Shown one piece after another: positions 9,943 to 19,601 of a stretch of DNA of 57,958 bases. The notes beneath the pieces were generated by a model, which was given only the letters and a program-made list of their open reading frames with translations, made no database searches and had not been told where the DNA came from. The translations under genes were made by a program, and so were the position numbers. Every line of letters begins with the position of its first letter. The stretch's first letter is position 1. Origin of the DNA: Chloroflexi bacterium HGW-Chloroflexi-9. Its GTDB lineage: Bacteria; Chloroflexota; Dehalococcoidia; UBA2979. The DNA lies in the NCBI GenBank assembly GCA_002840675.1, contig PHBR01000001.1, forward strand, positions 1 to 57,958. The letters are read 5' to 3'.

Positions 9943-11286
9943 GTGCTCCACTCAGCCCCTATCATCCCCGGGATGACCGCCAAGCCTTCCCTGACCCGGC
10001 CCGCCCCGCTCGTACGCCTTGCCGCTGTGCTCCGCAGTGGCCCTCCGGACGTGGCTGCGCACATTGAGGGCACGCTGGCGTGGATGACGCGCGTGGAGCC
10101 GCATGTCCGCACGCTGCTGCCGGAGGACGGGCGTCGAGAACGCCTCGCCGCGGCCATCGACACCCTGGTCGACCGCTTCCCGGCGCAGGACGACCGGCCT
10201 CTGCTGTACGGGGTGCCCGTGGGGGTGAAAGACATCTTCGCGGTGGACGGCCTGCCCACGCGCGCCGGCTCTGCGCTGCCGCCCGAAGCGTTCGAGATGC
10301 CGGAGGGCGCCGCTGTCCGCCGCCTGCAGGCAGCGGGTGCGCTCGTCCTCGGCAAGACCGTGACCACGGAGTTCGCCTACTTCGATCCGGGCGCCACCAC
10401 GAACCCGCTCGACACCGCGCGCACGCCGGGCGGCTCCAGCAGCGGCTCCGCCGCAGCCGTCGCGGCGGGCATCGTCCCGCTCGCGATTGGCTCGCAGACG
10501 GTCGGCTCGGTGATCCGGCCGGCCGCGTTCTGTGGCATCGTCGGCTTCAAGCCGTCGTATGGCCGTATCCCCACGGACGGCGTCCTCTACTACTCCCCCT
10601 CGGTCGACCACGTCGGCTGCTTCACGCAGGACGTGGAGGGCCTCCGCCTGGCCGCGAGCGTGCTGCTCGATGGCTGGACGCCGGCGCCCCCCCTCCGCCG
10701 GGCGCCGGTCGTCGGTGTCCCCGTGGGGCCGTATCTGAACCAGGTGGAGCCGGCAGCGTTTGCCGCCTTCGCGGAGACGCTGGTGGCGCTCACTCGCGCG
10801 GGCGTGGAGGTCCGCCGCCTCCCTGTGCTGGACGACATCGCCCCGATCAACGACCGCCACCGCTGGCTGGCGACGGCGGAGTTTGGCGAGCAGCACGCGG
10901 CCCGCTTCGAGCGGTACGGATCGCTCTATCGCGCCGCCAGCGCCGCGCTCTTCGACGCCGCGCGGGAGGTGACGCCGGAGCAGCGCGCCGAGGGCCTTGC
11001 CGGCCGCGAGGCGCTGCGCGCGCGCCTGGATGCCGCCGCGGCGACGGAGGGCATCGACGCGTGGGCGATGCCGGCGGCCACCGGTCCTGCGCCCGTGGGC
11101 CTGCGCTCGACGGGCGACCCGGCCATGAACCTGCCGTGGACGCACGCCGGGCTGCCTGCGATCACGATCCCGGCGGGCTCCGTGGAGGGCATGCCGCTCG
11201 GCCTGCAACTCGCGGGCCGCTTCGGTGGGGACGAGGCGCTGATGGAGGTCGCGGCCCGGCTGGAAGCGCTGCTCGCCGGGGACTGA
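9943..11286 (+). CDS. amidase signature family enzyme
   Basis: GGSSSGSAAAVAAG amidase-signature motif. 447 aa. Confidence 0.85.
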   Translation: MLHSAPIIPGMTAKPSLTRPAPLVRLAAVLRSGPPDVAAHIEGTLAWMTRVEPHVRTLLPEDGRRERLAAAIDTLVDRFPAQDDRPLLYGVPVGVKDIFAVDGLPTRAGSALPPEAFEMPEGAAVRRLQAAGALVLGKTVTTEFAYFDPGATTNPLDTARTPGGSSSGSAAAVAAGIVPLAIGSQTVGSVIRPAAFCGIVGFKPSYGRIPTDGVLYYSPSVDHVGCFTQDVEGLRLAASVLLDGWTPAPPLRRAPVVGVPVGPYLNQVEPAAFAAFAETLVALTRAGVEVRRLPVLDDIAPINDRHRWLATAEFGEQHAARFERYGSLYRAASAALFDAAREVTPEQRAEGLAGREALRARLDAAAATEGIDAWAMPAATGPAPVGLRSTGDPAMNLPWTHAGLPAITIPAGSVEGMPLGLQLAGRFGGDEALMEVAARLEALLAGD

Positions 11287-11342
11287 CACTCCGCCATTCG
11301 TGTTCGCGTGCGCCTCGCCCATCGTCGTTCGCGGAGGGCGCG

Positions 11343-12014
11343 ATGACGACGACGGACCTGACGAACCGCTACCACCTCGACGCGTATATGGAGGGCGGCC
11401 CGGCACGATGGGTGCTCGACCGCGGGCGGCAGCCGGTGCGCGCGGTGATCCTCCACCACACCGGCGGCTGGTACGGCCCTCCGCTCGACGCCTCCGCGAC
11501 GGTCGCGGAAGAAATTGCCCAGACCGACGCGCTGGCACGCGACCACCGGGCGCGCTTCGGCATCGGGCCGGGCTACCACTACCTCGGTTTCCCTTCGGGG
11601 CGGCTGTACGCCGTGGGGAAGTGGGGGACGCAGCGCGCACACACCACGGGACGTGACCCGGCTACCGGCGAGCGGTGGAACGTGCAGGCAGTCGGGGTGT
11701 GCGCATTCGGCAACTTCGAGGCCGAACGGCCGGTCGCGGGCACCGTGTCCGCCGTCCGGGCCGCCCTCGACGAGGTGAACCGGATCGCCGGCCGTGTCCT
11801 CCCGATGATCCCGCACGGCGAGACGCCGTCGGCGGACGCGAGCGGTCGAGGCTTCGCGCAGGCGACGGCGTGTCCGGGCACCCATCTGCGCACCGCTCTC
11901 GCCTGGCCCGACGGGGGCGCGTCAGACGTGGACCTCGATGCGGTGCGTCGGGAGGTGCGCGCCGCGCAGGACCGGCTGGCGGAGGCGGCGACGCTGCTGG
12001 AGGCGCTTCGGTAG
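11343..12014 (+). CDS. N-acetylmuramoyl-L-alanine amidase (PGRP/Amidase_2-like) domain protein
   Basis: Internal ATG of tracked ORF 10080..12014. AVILHHTGG...GYHYL...CPG pattern typical of Amidase_2. The upstream part of the tracked ORF is an out-of-frame read of the amidase gene. Confidence 0.65.
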   Translation: MTTTDLTNRYHLDAYMEGGPARWVLDRGRQPVRAVILHHTGGWYGPPLDASATVAEEIAQTDALARDHRARFGIGPGYHYLGFPSGRLYAVGKWGTQRAHTTGRDPATGERWNVQAVGVCAFGNFEAERPVAGTVSAVRAALDEVNRIAGRVLPMIPHGETPSADASGRGFAQATACPGTHLRTALAWPDGGASDVDLDAVRREVRAAQDRLAEAATLLEALR

Positions 12015-12036
12015 CCCTGCCGCCTATGATGCGGCC

Positions 12037-13119
12037 ATGTCAGACCATCCCCCGATCCCCGGCGGGCCGGACGAGATCACGGCCGCGTGGCTCACGACCG
12101 CGCTCCGCGAGTGGGGCGTGCTGACGGAGCGGTCGCGGGTCTTCGCCGTCTCGATCGAGGCGCTCACGGAGCGCGCCGGGGTGAACGGCCAGACGTTCCG
12201 CCTGAGGCTGAAGTACCAGGGCGAGCCGGGCCCGGCGACGATGGTCGCGAAACTCCCCGCCTCGCACCCGTCGGCGCGCGGCGTCGCTGCGTTCCAGCAC
12301 TGGTATGAGCGCGAGACGCGCTTCTACCTGGAACTCGCGCCCGACAGTCCGCTGCGTGTGCCGGAGCCGTACTTCGCCGCCTTCGAGGGCGAGCGGACAC
12401 TCCTGCTCCTGGAAGACCTCGGGCGGCTTCGCCAGGTCGACCAGGTCGCCGGCTGCATGGTCGCAGAAGCCGAAGCCGCGCTGGACGCGGCGGCCGGCAT
12501 GCACGCGCGCTGGTGGGGTGACGAGGTCATCGTCGACCACCCGTGGCTGCCGCTTACCACGGTGGGCCTCGACCGCGCCCGCCCCGTGCACGGCGCCTTC
12601 CGGCGCGCCTGGGAGGCCGTGCGCGAGCGCGTGGCCGAGGAGGCCCACCCGGTGCTCGACCGCGCCGTGGAGGCGTACCCGGCGCTGCTCGAACGGATCT
12701 CGGAGGGCCCGCTCACCCTGCTCCACGGCGACTACCGGCTGGACAACGTCTTCTTCGACGGGTCGGAGGGCCAGCCCGGCGTGGTCGCGTTCGACTGGCA
12801 GTTCGCCTGCCGGGGCCGCGGCACGTACGACATCGCCTACTTCCTCGGGCTGGACCTGGAGCCCTCGCTCCGTCGGCAGCACGAGGATGCTTTGCTCCTG
12901 CGCTACTACGAACGCCTGCGCGAGGAGGGCGTCACCGGCTACACGCTGGACGCCTGCCACCGCGACTACGCCACCTCGCTCCTGCTCTCCTTCGCGGTGT
13001 TCGCGATCGGTGCGGCCGGCCCGCCCGCGAGCGAGCGCATGGGCGTGGTGCACGAGGTGGGGCTGGAACGCCTGGCCGCGGCGATCGCGGAGCGCGACCC
13101 CGACATCTTCGGCCTTTAG
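12037..13119 (+). CDS. kinase-like phosphotransferase (APH/ecdysteroid-kinase-like family)
   Basis: Catalytic loop LLHGDYRLDNVFF and a downstream FDWQ motif. Start at the internal ATG (MSDHPPIPGGPDEITAAWL). Confidence 0.75.
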   Translation: MSDHPPIPGGPDEITAAWLTTALREWGVLTERSRVFAVSIEALTERAGVNGQTFRLRLKYQGEPGPATMVAKLPASHPSARGVAAFQHWYERETRFYLELAPDSPLRVPEPYFAAFEGERTLLLLEDLGRLRQVDQVAGCMVAEAEAALDAAAGMHARWWGDEVIVDHPWLPLTTVGLDRARPVHGAFRRAWEAVRERVAEEAHPVLDRAVEAYPALLERISEGPLTLLHGDYRLDNVFFDGSEGQPGVVAFDWQFACRGRGTYDIAYFLGLDLEPSLRRQHEDALLLRYYERLREEGVTGYTLDACHRDYATSLLLSFAVFAIGAAGPPASERMGVVHEVGLERLAAAIAERDPDIFGL

Positions 13120-13207
13120 CGCCCCGCCCCGAGGTGCGCGGTGCACCCCGGGGTGCTTCACGCCTGTGATAGCCTGTGGATATCTCCCCGGCGTGGAGCA
13201 CCGTGCC

Positions 13208-14413
13208 ATGGCTGCACTCACCGGCATGCGCGTCCTGGACATGACGCAGTACGAGGCGGGTACTTCCTGTACCCAGTACCTCGCGTGGCTGGGCGCCGAT
13301 GTCGTGAAGGTCGAAGGCCCTTCCGGTGACCCCGGCCGGAACACCGGCAGAGGCCTCGACGGCCACCCCGGCGATCCCCAGTACTTCATGAACTACAACG
13401 GCAACAAGCGCTCGGTCGTCCTCGACCTGAAGAGCGAGCATGGCCGCGAGGTATTCCTGCGGCTGATCCCGCACTTCGATGCGTTCGTGGAGAACTACGG
13501 CCCCGGCGTGATCGAGTCGCTGGGCCTCACCCCTGACGTCCTCTGCGCCCTCAATCCCCGGCTGATCTACGCGCGCATCAAGGGCTTCGGCCTGAGCGGG
13601 CCCTACCGCGACTACAAGGTCTACGACTGGGTCGCGCAGGCGGCCGCCGGTACTTTTTCCACAACCGGCGACGAGGACGGACCGCCGCAGGTCATCGGCC
13701 CGACGATGGGCGACTCCGGCACGGGCATCCAGGCCGCCCTGGGCATCACCGCCGCCTATGTGGAGCAGCAGCGCACCGGCCTCGGGCAGGTGATCGAGGT
13801 TTCCATGCAGGAGGCCGCGACGATGTTCCTGCGCACGCTGGACCTGCCGGCGTGGGGCAAGGAGCCGGCAGGCCGGCACGGCCCCACGCGCGGACGCACC
13901 GGCGGCGGGCTGTACCGCTCCCGCGGCGGCGGCCCCAACGACTACGTCTTCATCTTCCCCGCCACCACGAGGATGTTCGACGTGATGTGCGCGGCGATGG
14001 GGCGCGAGGACCTGCTCACCGACCCGCGCTTCGCCACGCCGACCGCGCGCGCGAACCACCTGGGCGAACTGCGCCGCGAGATCGAGGCGTGGACGCTCGC
14101 TCGCACCAAGCAGGAGGCGATGCACATCCTCGCCGGCGCGGGCGTGCCCTGCTCCTACGTCTTCGACACGCTGGACCTGTTCACGGATGAGCACCTGCGG
14201 GCGCGCGGCTTCATCCACGAGGTGGAGCACCCGGTGAACGGCACCGTGAGATTGATGGGCCAGCCGTTGCGGATGCGGGGTGCCGTGCCGCAGGGGCGCG
14301 CGCCGCTCCTCGGTGAGCACACGGACGAGGTGCTGGAGGAGGTCCTGGGGCTGACGGCCGGGGAGATCGACCGGCTGCATGCGGCGGGCATCTCCGGGAA
14401 AGTGCCCGCCTGA
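13208..14413 (+). CDS. family III CoA-transferase (CaiB/BaiF-like)
   Basis: N-terminus MAALTGMRVLDMTQYEAGTSCTQYLAWLGADVVKVE is typical of CaiB/BaiF. Start at the internal ATG of tracked ORF 12305..14413. Confidence 0.85.
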   Translation: MAALTGMRVLDMTQYEAGTSCTQYLAWLGADVVKVEGPSGDPGRNTGRGLDGHPGDPQYFMNYNGNKRSVVLDLKSEHGREVFLRLIPHFDAFVENYGPGVIESLGLTPDVLCALNPRLIYARIKGFGLSGPYRDYKVYDWVAQAAAGTFSTTGDEDGPPQVIGPTMGDSGTGIQAALGITAAYVEQQRTGLGQVIEVSMQEAATMFLRTLDLPAWGKEPAGRHGPTRGRTGGGLYRSRGGGPNDYVFIFPATTRMFDVMCAAMGREDLLTDPRFATPTARANHLGELRREIEAWTLARTKQEAMHILAGAGVPCSYVFDTLDLFTDEHLRARGFIHEVEHPVNGTVRLMGQPLRMRGAVPQGRAPLLGEHTDEVLEEVLGLTAGEIDRLHAAGISGKVPA

Positions 14414-14508
14414 CCTCGCGCATCCGGTTCGCGGTGGCCGCACGCGGCTGCCTCCGCTAGTCTGCGCGGCGAGTACCGCCGAACGCGGGCCACGGGAGGG
14501 ATCGCTGC

Positions 14509-15240
14509 ATGCCGCTGGTTCTTGGGGTCACCGGTTCCATCGCCACCGGGAAGAGTTACCTGTGCACCTACCTGGTGGAGAAGTACGGCGCCATCCACGC
14601 GGACGCCGACAAGGTCGTCCACCGCATGTACGACCCGGGCAAGCCGGGCTTCGACCGCATCGTCGCTGAGTTCGGCGAGGAGGTCATCGGCGCGGACGGG
14701 TACATCGACCGCAAGTTGATCGGCTCGAAGGTGTTCGGCAACCAGGAGCGCATGAGCGCCCTCACGAGGGCGATCGGCGACATCGCCGGCGAGATGCACC
14801 ATGTCATCAACACCTGGCGCGCCGAACTCGGCCCCGACCAGATCGCGATCCTCGAGGCCGTGAACCTGATGGAGGCCGGGTACTCCGAGTGGTGCGACGC
14901 CACCTGGCTCGTGGGCGCGGACTACGAGGAGGCGCTGCCCCGGCTCATGACGCGCAACAACTTCTCAGAGGCGGAGGCACGCCAGCGCCTGGACGCGGCC
15001 CGGACGTGGCAGCAGCGCGAGCCGGCCTCCGACCGGCTGTTCATGAACAACACCACGCTCCCCGACCTGGAGCAGTCCGTCGACCGCTCGATCGCGGAGA
15101 CGCTCGCCATGTTCAAGGCGGGCACCCTGCCCCGCAGCCGCTGGCACGCCTGGTGGGAGGCCACCCGCGAGGAGCGCGAGGCGGCCCGGCGCGCCCGGGA
15201 GGCGAAGGCCGCGCAGGACGCGCAGAAGCAGCAGGGATAA
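14509..15240 (+). CDS. coaE: dephospho-CoA kinase with C-terminal extension
   Basis: P-loop LGVTGSIATGKS at the N-terminus. CoaE-like core followed by a charged tail. Confidence 0.85.
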   Translation: MPLVLGVTGSIATGKSYLCTYLVEKYGAIHADADKVVHRMYDPGKPGFDRIVAEFGEEVIGADGYIDRKLIGSKVFGNQERMSALTRAIGDIAGEMHHVINTWRAELGPDQIAILEAVNLMEAGYSEWCDATWLVGADYEEALPRLMTRNNFSEAEARQRLDAARTWQQREPASDRLFMNNTTLPDLEQSVDRSIAETLAMFKAGTLPRSRWHAWWEATREEREAARRAREAKAAQDAQKQQG

Positions 15241-15259
15241 CGTGCCGGGCCGGTGCGGG

Positions 15260-15287
15260 TTGCCTCGAACCGGCTCCGCGCTATGAT
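15260..15287 (+). promoter_or_regulatory. candidate sigma-A-type promoter for tRNA-Gly
   Basis: TTGCCT (15260-15265), 16-nt spacer, TATGAT (15282-15287), 9 nt before the tRNA 5' end. Confidence 0.4.
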
Positions 15288-15296
15288 CGAGGTCGT

Positions 15297-15371
15297 GCGG
15301 AAGTAGCTCAGTGGCAGAGCGCCTCCTTGCCAAGGAGGAGGTCGCGAGTTCGACCCTCGTCTTCCGCTCCA
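15297..15371 (+). tRNA. tRNA-Gly (anticodon GCC), CCA encoded
   Basis: Cloverleaf read by eye: acceptor GCGGAAG/CTTCCGC, anticodon stem CCTCC/GGAGG with loop TTGCCAA, T-loop TTCGACC. Confidence 0.9.
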
Positions 15372-15384
15372 TCGCACGAACGAC

Positions 15385-15412
15385 GGCCCGCCGAGAGGCG
15401 GGCCGTTTCGTT
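15385..15412. terminator. intrinsic terminator hairpin (possibly bidirectional)
   Basis: GGCCCGCC-GAGA-GGCGGGCC followed by GTTTCGTT. It lies between tRNA-Gly and the convergent gene ending at 15424. Confidence 0.6.
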
Positions 15413-15423
15413 GCCTGCCGCGG

Positions 15424-16374
15424 TCAACTCAACCGGCGCACCAACCCCTTCAGGTACGCCTCGACGCGGGGGCGGAGCACGTCATCCGTGAGGTCGGTGC
15501 GACCGGCATCGCTCCACTGGCCGAGGGCCGGCGGGCCGGTGTCCAGGGCGTCCACCAGGTCCCAGTACGGATGCTGGCTGACGCCTGCGGCGCTCTCGTA
15601 CGCCACGCGGAACTCCTCGGCGGCGTCGATGCCGAAGAGCGCGCTGAGGTTCACCCGGCAGTGCGCGACGTCATTGCCGGGTGGGCCGTTGCATGCGTTC
15701 ACCCAGTCCGTCACGCCACTGAGCCGGCCGTAGCGCCAGAGCGCGTTCGCGGGGTGGTAGTCGCGGTGAATGAGCGTAGGTGTCACGTCAGGCGGCGGCG
15801 CCGAGGCCAGCTCGTTCGCCCGCAGCCAGAGGTCCGGGCGCCTCGACCACGCGGGCACCTCGAACGGTCGGGCGCGGAACCACGGCCGGTACGCCGGGAG
15901 GCCTTCGACGGCACCGAGGGCGTGCAGCGCCGGCAGGAACGCCGCGAGCTGACGGAGGTATTCGGACAGGTCGCGCGGCCGGAGCTCGATGCGTCCGGCC
16001 ACGCGCGTCATGAGGACAGCCGGGACGTCGCACTCGCTACCCGTCACATCGGCCGCGAGGCATTCTGGCACCGGGAGCGTGCTGCCGCGCAGCGCGTCCA
16101 GCACGCGCACCTCGCGCTCGGCGATGTCTGGTTCCTCAGCGGTCAATTCAGTCCGGACGAAGCGCCGGAGGACGACGGCATCCAGGCCGTGCGGTGCTCC
16201 ACTCACGCCAAGAAGGTGTACCGCTGCGGACGTGCCACCGCGGAGCCGCCGGACGGAGGTGACGTGGGTGCCTGTGCCCAGCGTGCGCTCCACCCACGCC
16301 AGCGCCTCGGGCGGTGGGCGGCGGCGCAGGTGGGGTGGGAGTGTGGCCATCGGGCGGAGTCTACCGGTGACCAC
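15424..16374 (-). CDS. aminoglycoside phosphotransferase (APH) family protein
   Basis: Catalytic loop LIHRDYHPANALW and VTDWVNA motif. 316 aa. Confidence 0.75.
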   Translation of the reverse strand: MVTGRLRPMATLPPHLRRRPPPEALAWVERTLGTGTHVTSVRRLRGGTSAAVHLLGVSGAPHGLDAVVLRRFVRTELTAEEPDIAEREVRVLDALRGSTLPVPECLAADVTGSECDVPAVLMTRVAGRIELRPRDLSEYLRQLAAFLPALHALGAVEGLPAYRPWFRARPFEVPAWSRRPDLWLRANELASAPPPDVTPTLIHRDYHPANALWRYGRLSGVTDWVNACNGPPGNDVAHCRVNLSALFGIDAAEEFRVAYESAAGVSQHPYWDLVDALDTGPPALGQWSDAGRTDLTDDVLRPRVEAYLKGLVRRLS

Positions 16375-16454
16375 GGCCTGATCGCGTATCCTCGGGACGC
16401 CGGTGGTGCCCGGCGGTCAGGAAACGATCAGGACGGCAACGGACGGCGCAGACG

Positions 16455-18134
16455 GTGGAACACGACCTGTTGATCGAGTTCACCGCGCTGCTAGTGCTGG
16501 CTGCGGCTGCGGGCGCCCTCGGCACGCTGCTCCGGCAGCCGTTGATCGTCTCGTTCCTCGCGGTCGGTATCGCCGCCGGCCCGGCGGGTTTCGACCTGCT
16601 CAGCGAGAACGACGCATGGGAACTGCTCTCAACCGTCGGCATCGCCCTCCTGCTATTCGTGGTTGGCCTGCGGCTCGACACGGACGAGATCCGGGCGACC
16701 GGTCTCGTCGCGCTGATCACGGGCCTCGGGCAGGTTCTGTTCACCTCGGTGGTGGGGTTCGGGCTCACGCTCCTGCTGGGCTTCGGCGTGACGCCGGCGA
16801 TCTACGTGGCGATCGCGCTCACGTTCTCCAGCACGATCATCATCGTGAAACTGCTGTCCGATAAGCGTGAGATCGACTCGTTGCACGGGCGTATCGCCGT
16901 CGGGTTCCTGATCGTGCAGGACATCGTGGTCGTCCTCGTGATGATCGGCATCTCCGCCTTCGGCACGGGGGGCAACGCCGACCCCGTGCGTGAGGCGCTG
17001 GAGATCACCGCGAAGGGGCTCGCCTTTGTGGGCGGCATCTTCTTCGCGATGCGGTTCCTGATCCCGGTCGTGTTCCGGACGCTCGGCCGCTCGCCCGAAC
17101 TGCTCGTCCTCGGCGCCATCGCGTGGGCGATGATGCTGGCGGTCGGCGGCGAGGAACTCGGGTTCAGCCGCGAGGTCGGCGCGTTCCTCGCCGGCGTGTC
17201 ACTGGCCTCCACGCCGTTCCGCGACGCGCTGGGCGGGCGGCTGATGAGCCTGCGCGACTTCCTGCTGGTGTTCTTCTTCGTGGTGCTGGGGGCCGGCCTC
17301 GATCTCTCGCTCCTCGGGGAGCAGGTCGTGCCGGCGCTGGTGCTGTCCGTGTTCGTGCTGATCGGCAACCCGCTGATCGTGATGATCATCATGGGGGTGA
17401 TGGGCTACCGGAAGCGCACCAGCTTCCTGTCCGGCCTGGCGGTCGCGCAGATCAGCGAGTTCTCGCTGATCCTCGGTGCGCTCGGCGTGTCGGTCGGGCA
17501 CATCGAGCAGGACACGCTGGGCCTGATCACGCTCGTCGGGATCATCACGATCACGCTCTCGACCTACCTGATCATCTACTCCCACCAGCTCTACGACCGC
17601 ATCCAGCACCTGCTCTCCATCTTCGAGCGTCGCATCCCGTTCGCTGAGGAATCCACGCAGGTCGCCGACGTACGCATCGACTTCGTCGTGATCGGCCTCG
17701 GCCGCTTCGGTGGCGCGATCACGCAGCAGTTGCTGGACCAGGGCTATCGCGTCGAGGGGATCGACTTCGACCCGGAGGTCGTCCGCACCTGGTCGAAACG
17801 CGGCCTGGCGGCGTATTACGGTGACGTCGATGACCCGGAGATGGGCTCGATGATCCCGACACACGCACACTGGGTTGTCTCCACGCTCCCGCAGCCGGAC
17901 CTGGGCATGCACCTGCTCCACACGCTCCACGGCCGAGGCTTCGGCGGTCGCGTCGCCCTGACCGCGCACAACATGACGGCGGCGCAGACCCTCTACCACG
18001 CGGGGGCGAACCTGGTGCTGCTGCCGTTCCTGGACGCGGCCACGCAGGTGGTCACGTACCTCACCCACCCGGAGACGCAGCACCCGGCGCTTCCCAACCT
18101 TCCAGACAGCGACGACGCCTCGCTGGAGGGCTAA
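16455..18134 (+). CDS. cation:proton antiporter (CPA2/Kef-type) with C-terminal RCK/TrkA-N domain
   Basis: About 12 TM helices followed by the Rossmann motif VVIGLGRFGGAITQQL. Confidence 0.85.
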   Translation: MEHDLLIEFTALLVLAAAAGALGTLLRQPLIVSFLAVGIAAGPAGFDLLSENDAWELLSTVGIALLLFVVGLRLDTDEIRATGLVALITGLGQVLFTSVVGFGLTLLLGFGVTPAIYVAIALTFSSTIIIVKLLSDKREIDSLHGRIAVGFLIVQDIVVVLVMIGISAFGTGGNADPVREALEITAKGLAFVGGIFFAMRFLIPVVFRTLGRSPELLVLGAIAWAMMLAVGGEELGFSREVGAFLAGVSLASTPFRDALGGRLMSLRDFLLVFFFVVLGAGLDLSLLGEQVVPALVLSVFVLIGNPLIVMIIMGVMGYRKRTSFLSGLAVAQISEFSLILGALGVSVGHIEQDTLGLITLVGIITITLSTYLIIYSHQLYDRIQHLLSIFERRIPFAEESTQVADVRIDFVVIGLGRFGGAITQQLLDQGYRVEGIDFDPEVVRTWSKRGLAAYYGDVDDPEMGSMIPTHAHWVVSTLPQPDLGMHLLHTLHGRGFGGRVALTAHNMTAAQTLYHAGANLVLLPFLDAATQVVTYLTHPETQHPALPNLPDSDDASLEG

Positions 18135-18167
18135 CCGCCTCGCGCGCTACGATCAGGGCGCATCGCT

Positions 18168-18252
18168 GCCGGGGTGGCGAAATGGCAGACGCAGCGCACT
18201 CAAAATGCGCCGGGTAACTCCCGTGCGGGTTCGAGTCCCGCCCCCGGTACCA
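18168..18252 (+). tRNA. tRNA-Leu (anticodon CAA), long variable arm, CCA encoded
   Basis: Acceptor GCCGGGG/CCCCGGT, anticodon loop CTCAAAA, long extra arm, T-loop TTCGAGT. Confidence 0.9.
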
Positions 18253-18296
18253 GCCGACCACCGCGCCCGCCGGCGCCGCCCCACCGAGGTGCCCGC

Positions 18297-18677
18297 ATGA
18301 CCACCGACGGCGACACGGAGTTCGGCGGCTGGCGCGCCTGTGACGCCTGCGGTGAGGCCATCGCCTCCCCTGATGAGGCCGCACTCACCGTCCCCCCCGA
18401 ATTGATCGAGGAGCGCCGCGCAGGCATCGCCGAGCGTGCGCGCGCCCTCGCGGCCGGCGAGGAGGCCGCGCACGTCTCCACCGGGCTGATCCCGTGGGAC
18501 TGGGGCCACCGCGCCTGCTTCCCGCCGCGGGACGAGGCGTACTTCGTGGAGGGCGCACGCATCGCGACGATGCCGGGCATGCTGGCGCAGACGCTGGCGC
18601 TGATGGACCGCGAGTGGTTCCTGGAGACGGCGTGGGAGGACGCGGTGCGGCGCTTCTACCGCATCCCCTTCGAGTAG
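18297..18677 (+). CDS. hypothetical protein
   Basis: Start at an internal ATG (MTTDGDTEFGGWRACDACGEAI), because the tracked ORF start overlaps tRNA-Leu. No recognised domain. Confidence 0.45.
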   Translation: MTTDGDTEFGGWRACDACGEAIASPDEAALTVPPELIEERRAGIAERARALAAGEEAAHVSTGLIPWDWGHRACFPPRDEAYFVEGARIATMPGMLAQTLALMDREWFLETAWEDAVRRFYRIPFE

Positions 18678-18692
18678 CGCACCCCTCGCGGG

Positions 18693-19310
18693 CTACGGCT
18701 TGCCGATGCCCGCGCCCCCGGCGATGTTTGTGTAGCCGGAGATGAAGTTCTCCACCCCGTGCACCTCCGGGTCGAACGACTGCCGCTCCACGGTGCCGAG
18801 GTCGTTGCACAGCACGTGCAGCGACACGGAAGGCGTATCAGACACCGTCACCACCTGGTGGATGTCCTCGTCCGGGTGCTTGAGCCAGGTCAACTCGCCG
18901 AGGCGGATCGGGTCGGCGGAGAGCAGCTCCAGTTCCGCGTAGCCCTCGCGGTCGCCGCGGTCACGTCGGACATACTTCCGCTCCACCTGTGCGCCCTGCA
19001 CCAGGCCGACCCAGCCGTCCGTGAGGTGGTTGTGGACGCGCGTCATGGAGCCGGCGGGAACCACCATCGAGAAGATGCAGAGGTCCGGGTCCTGCGAGCG
19101 GTAGACGGCCCAGGAGGCCGTGGTGTCCGGGACGGGCTGCCGGAACGCCTCCGTGATCCAGGAGGGGTCGTACAGGAGCGCCTCGGTCGGCGCCTTGAGC
19201 GCGTCGAGCAGGCCCGACTTGCCACGCTCGCGGGCAACGATGTTGCGGAAGTCCTCGACGAACCGGCGCAGTACCGGCTCCACGGGCTCGATGTAGTAGG
19301 CGTCCGACAC
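18693..19310 (-). CDS. cupin-fold protein, cysteine dioxygenase type I-like
   Basis: 205 aa with cupin-like His-containing strands (TRVHNHLTDGWVGLV...HQV). Confidence 0.5.
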   Translation of the reverse strand: MSDAYYIEPVEPVLRRFVEDFRNIVARERGKSGLLDALKAPTEALLYDPSWITEAFRQPVPDTTASWAVYRSQDPDLCIFSMVVPAGSMTRVHNHLTDGWVGLVQGAQVERKYVRRDRGDREGYAELELLSADPIRLGELTWLKHPDEDIHQVVTVSDTPSVSLHVLCNDLGTVERQSFDPEVHGVENFISGYTNIAGGAGIGKP

Positions 19311-19401
19311 GATGAACCTCCGGGGCTGCGCGGGCGCGCTCCAGGGCGCGACCGGGCAAGGGTAGCGCGCGCATGGCAGGGTTGAGATGCTGAGGGCCCG
19401 C

Positions 19402-19475
19402 TGGCGGATGGTGTAGCGGTAGCACAGGGGACTTTGGATCCCTTAGCCCAGGTTCGAATCCTGGTCCGCCAGCCA
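19402..19475 (+). tRNA. tRNA-Gln (anticodon TTG), CCA encoded
   Basis: Acceptor TGGCGGA/TCCGCCA, anticodon loop CTTTGGA, T-loop TTCGAAT. Confidence 0.88.
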
Positions 19476-19526
19476 GTGACACTCTTGCCCGAGGCGGGCG
19501 GAGGCGTCACACTTCTGAGGTTCCGT

Positions 19527-19601
19527 TCCCCGATAGCTCAACGGTAGAGCAAACGACTGTTAATCGTTAGGTTCGTGGTTCGAATCCACGTCGGGGAGCC
19601 A
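19527..19601 (+). tRNA. tRNA-Asn (anticodon GTT), CCA encoded
   Basis: Acceptor TCCCCGA/TCGGGGA, anticodon loop CTGTTAA, T-loop TTCGAAT. Its 3' 42 nt are overlapped by the recombinase ORF on the opposite strand. Confidence 0.9.

Noticed and set aside
12305-14413. 702-aa ORF suggesting a kinase/CoA-transferase fusion (likewise 10080..12014 and 43840..45639)
   Set aside because: The N-terminal portions are out-of-frame read-throughs of the upstream genes (Arg/Pro/Ser-rich, non-protein-like). Conserved domains begin at internal start codons with sensible spacing.
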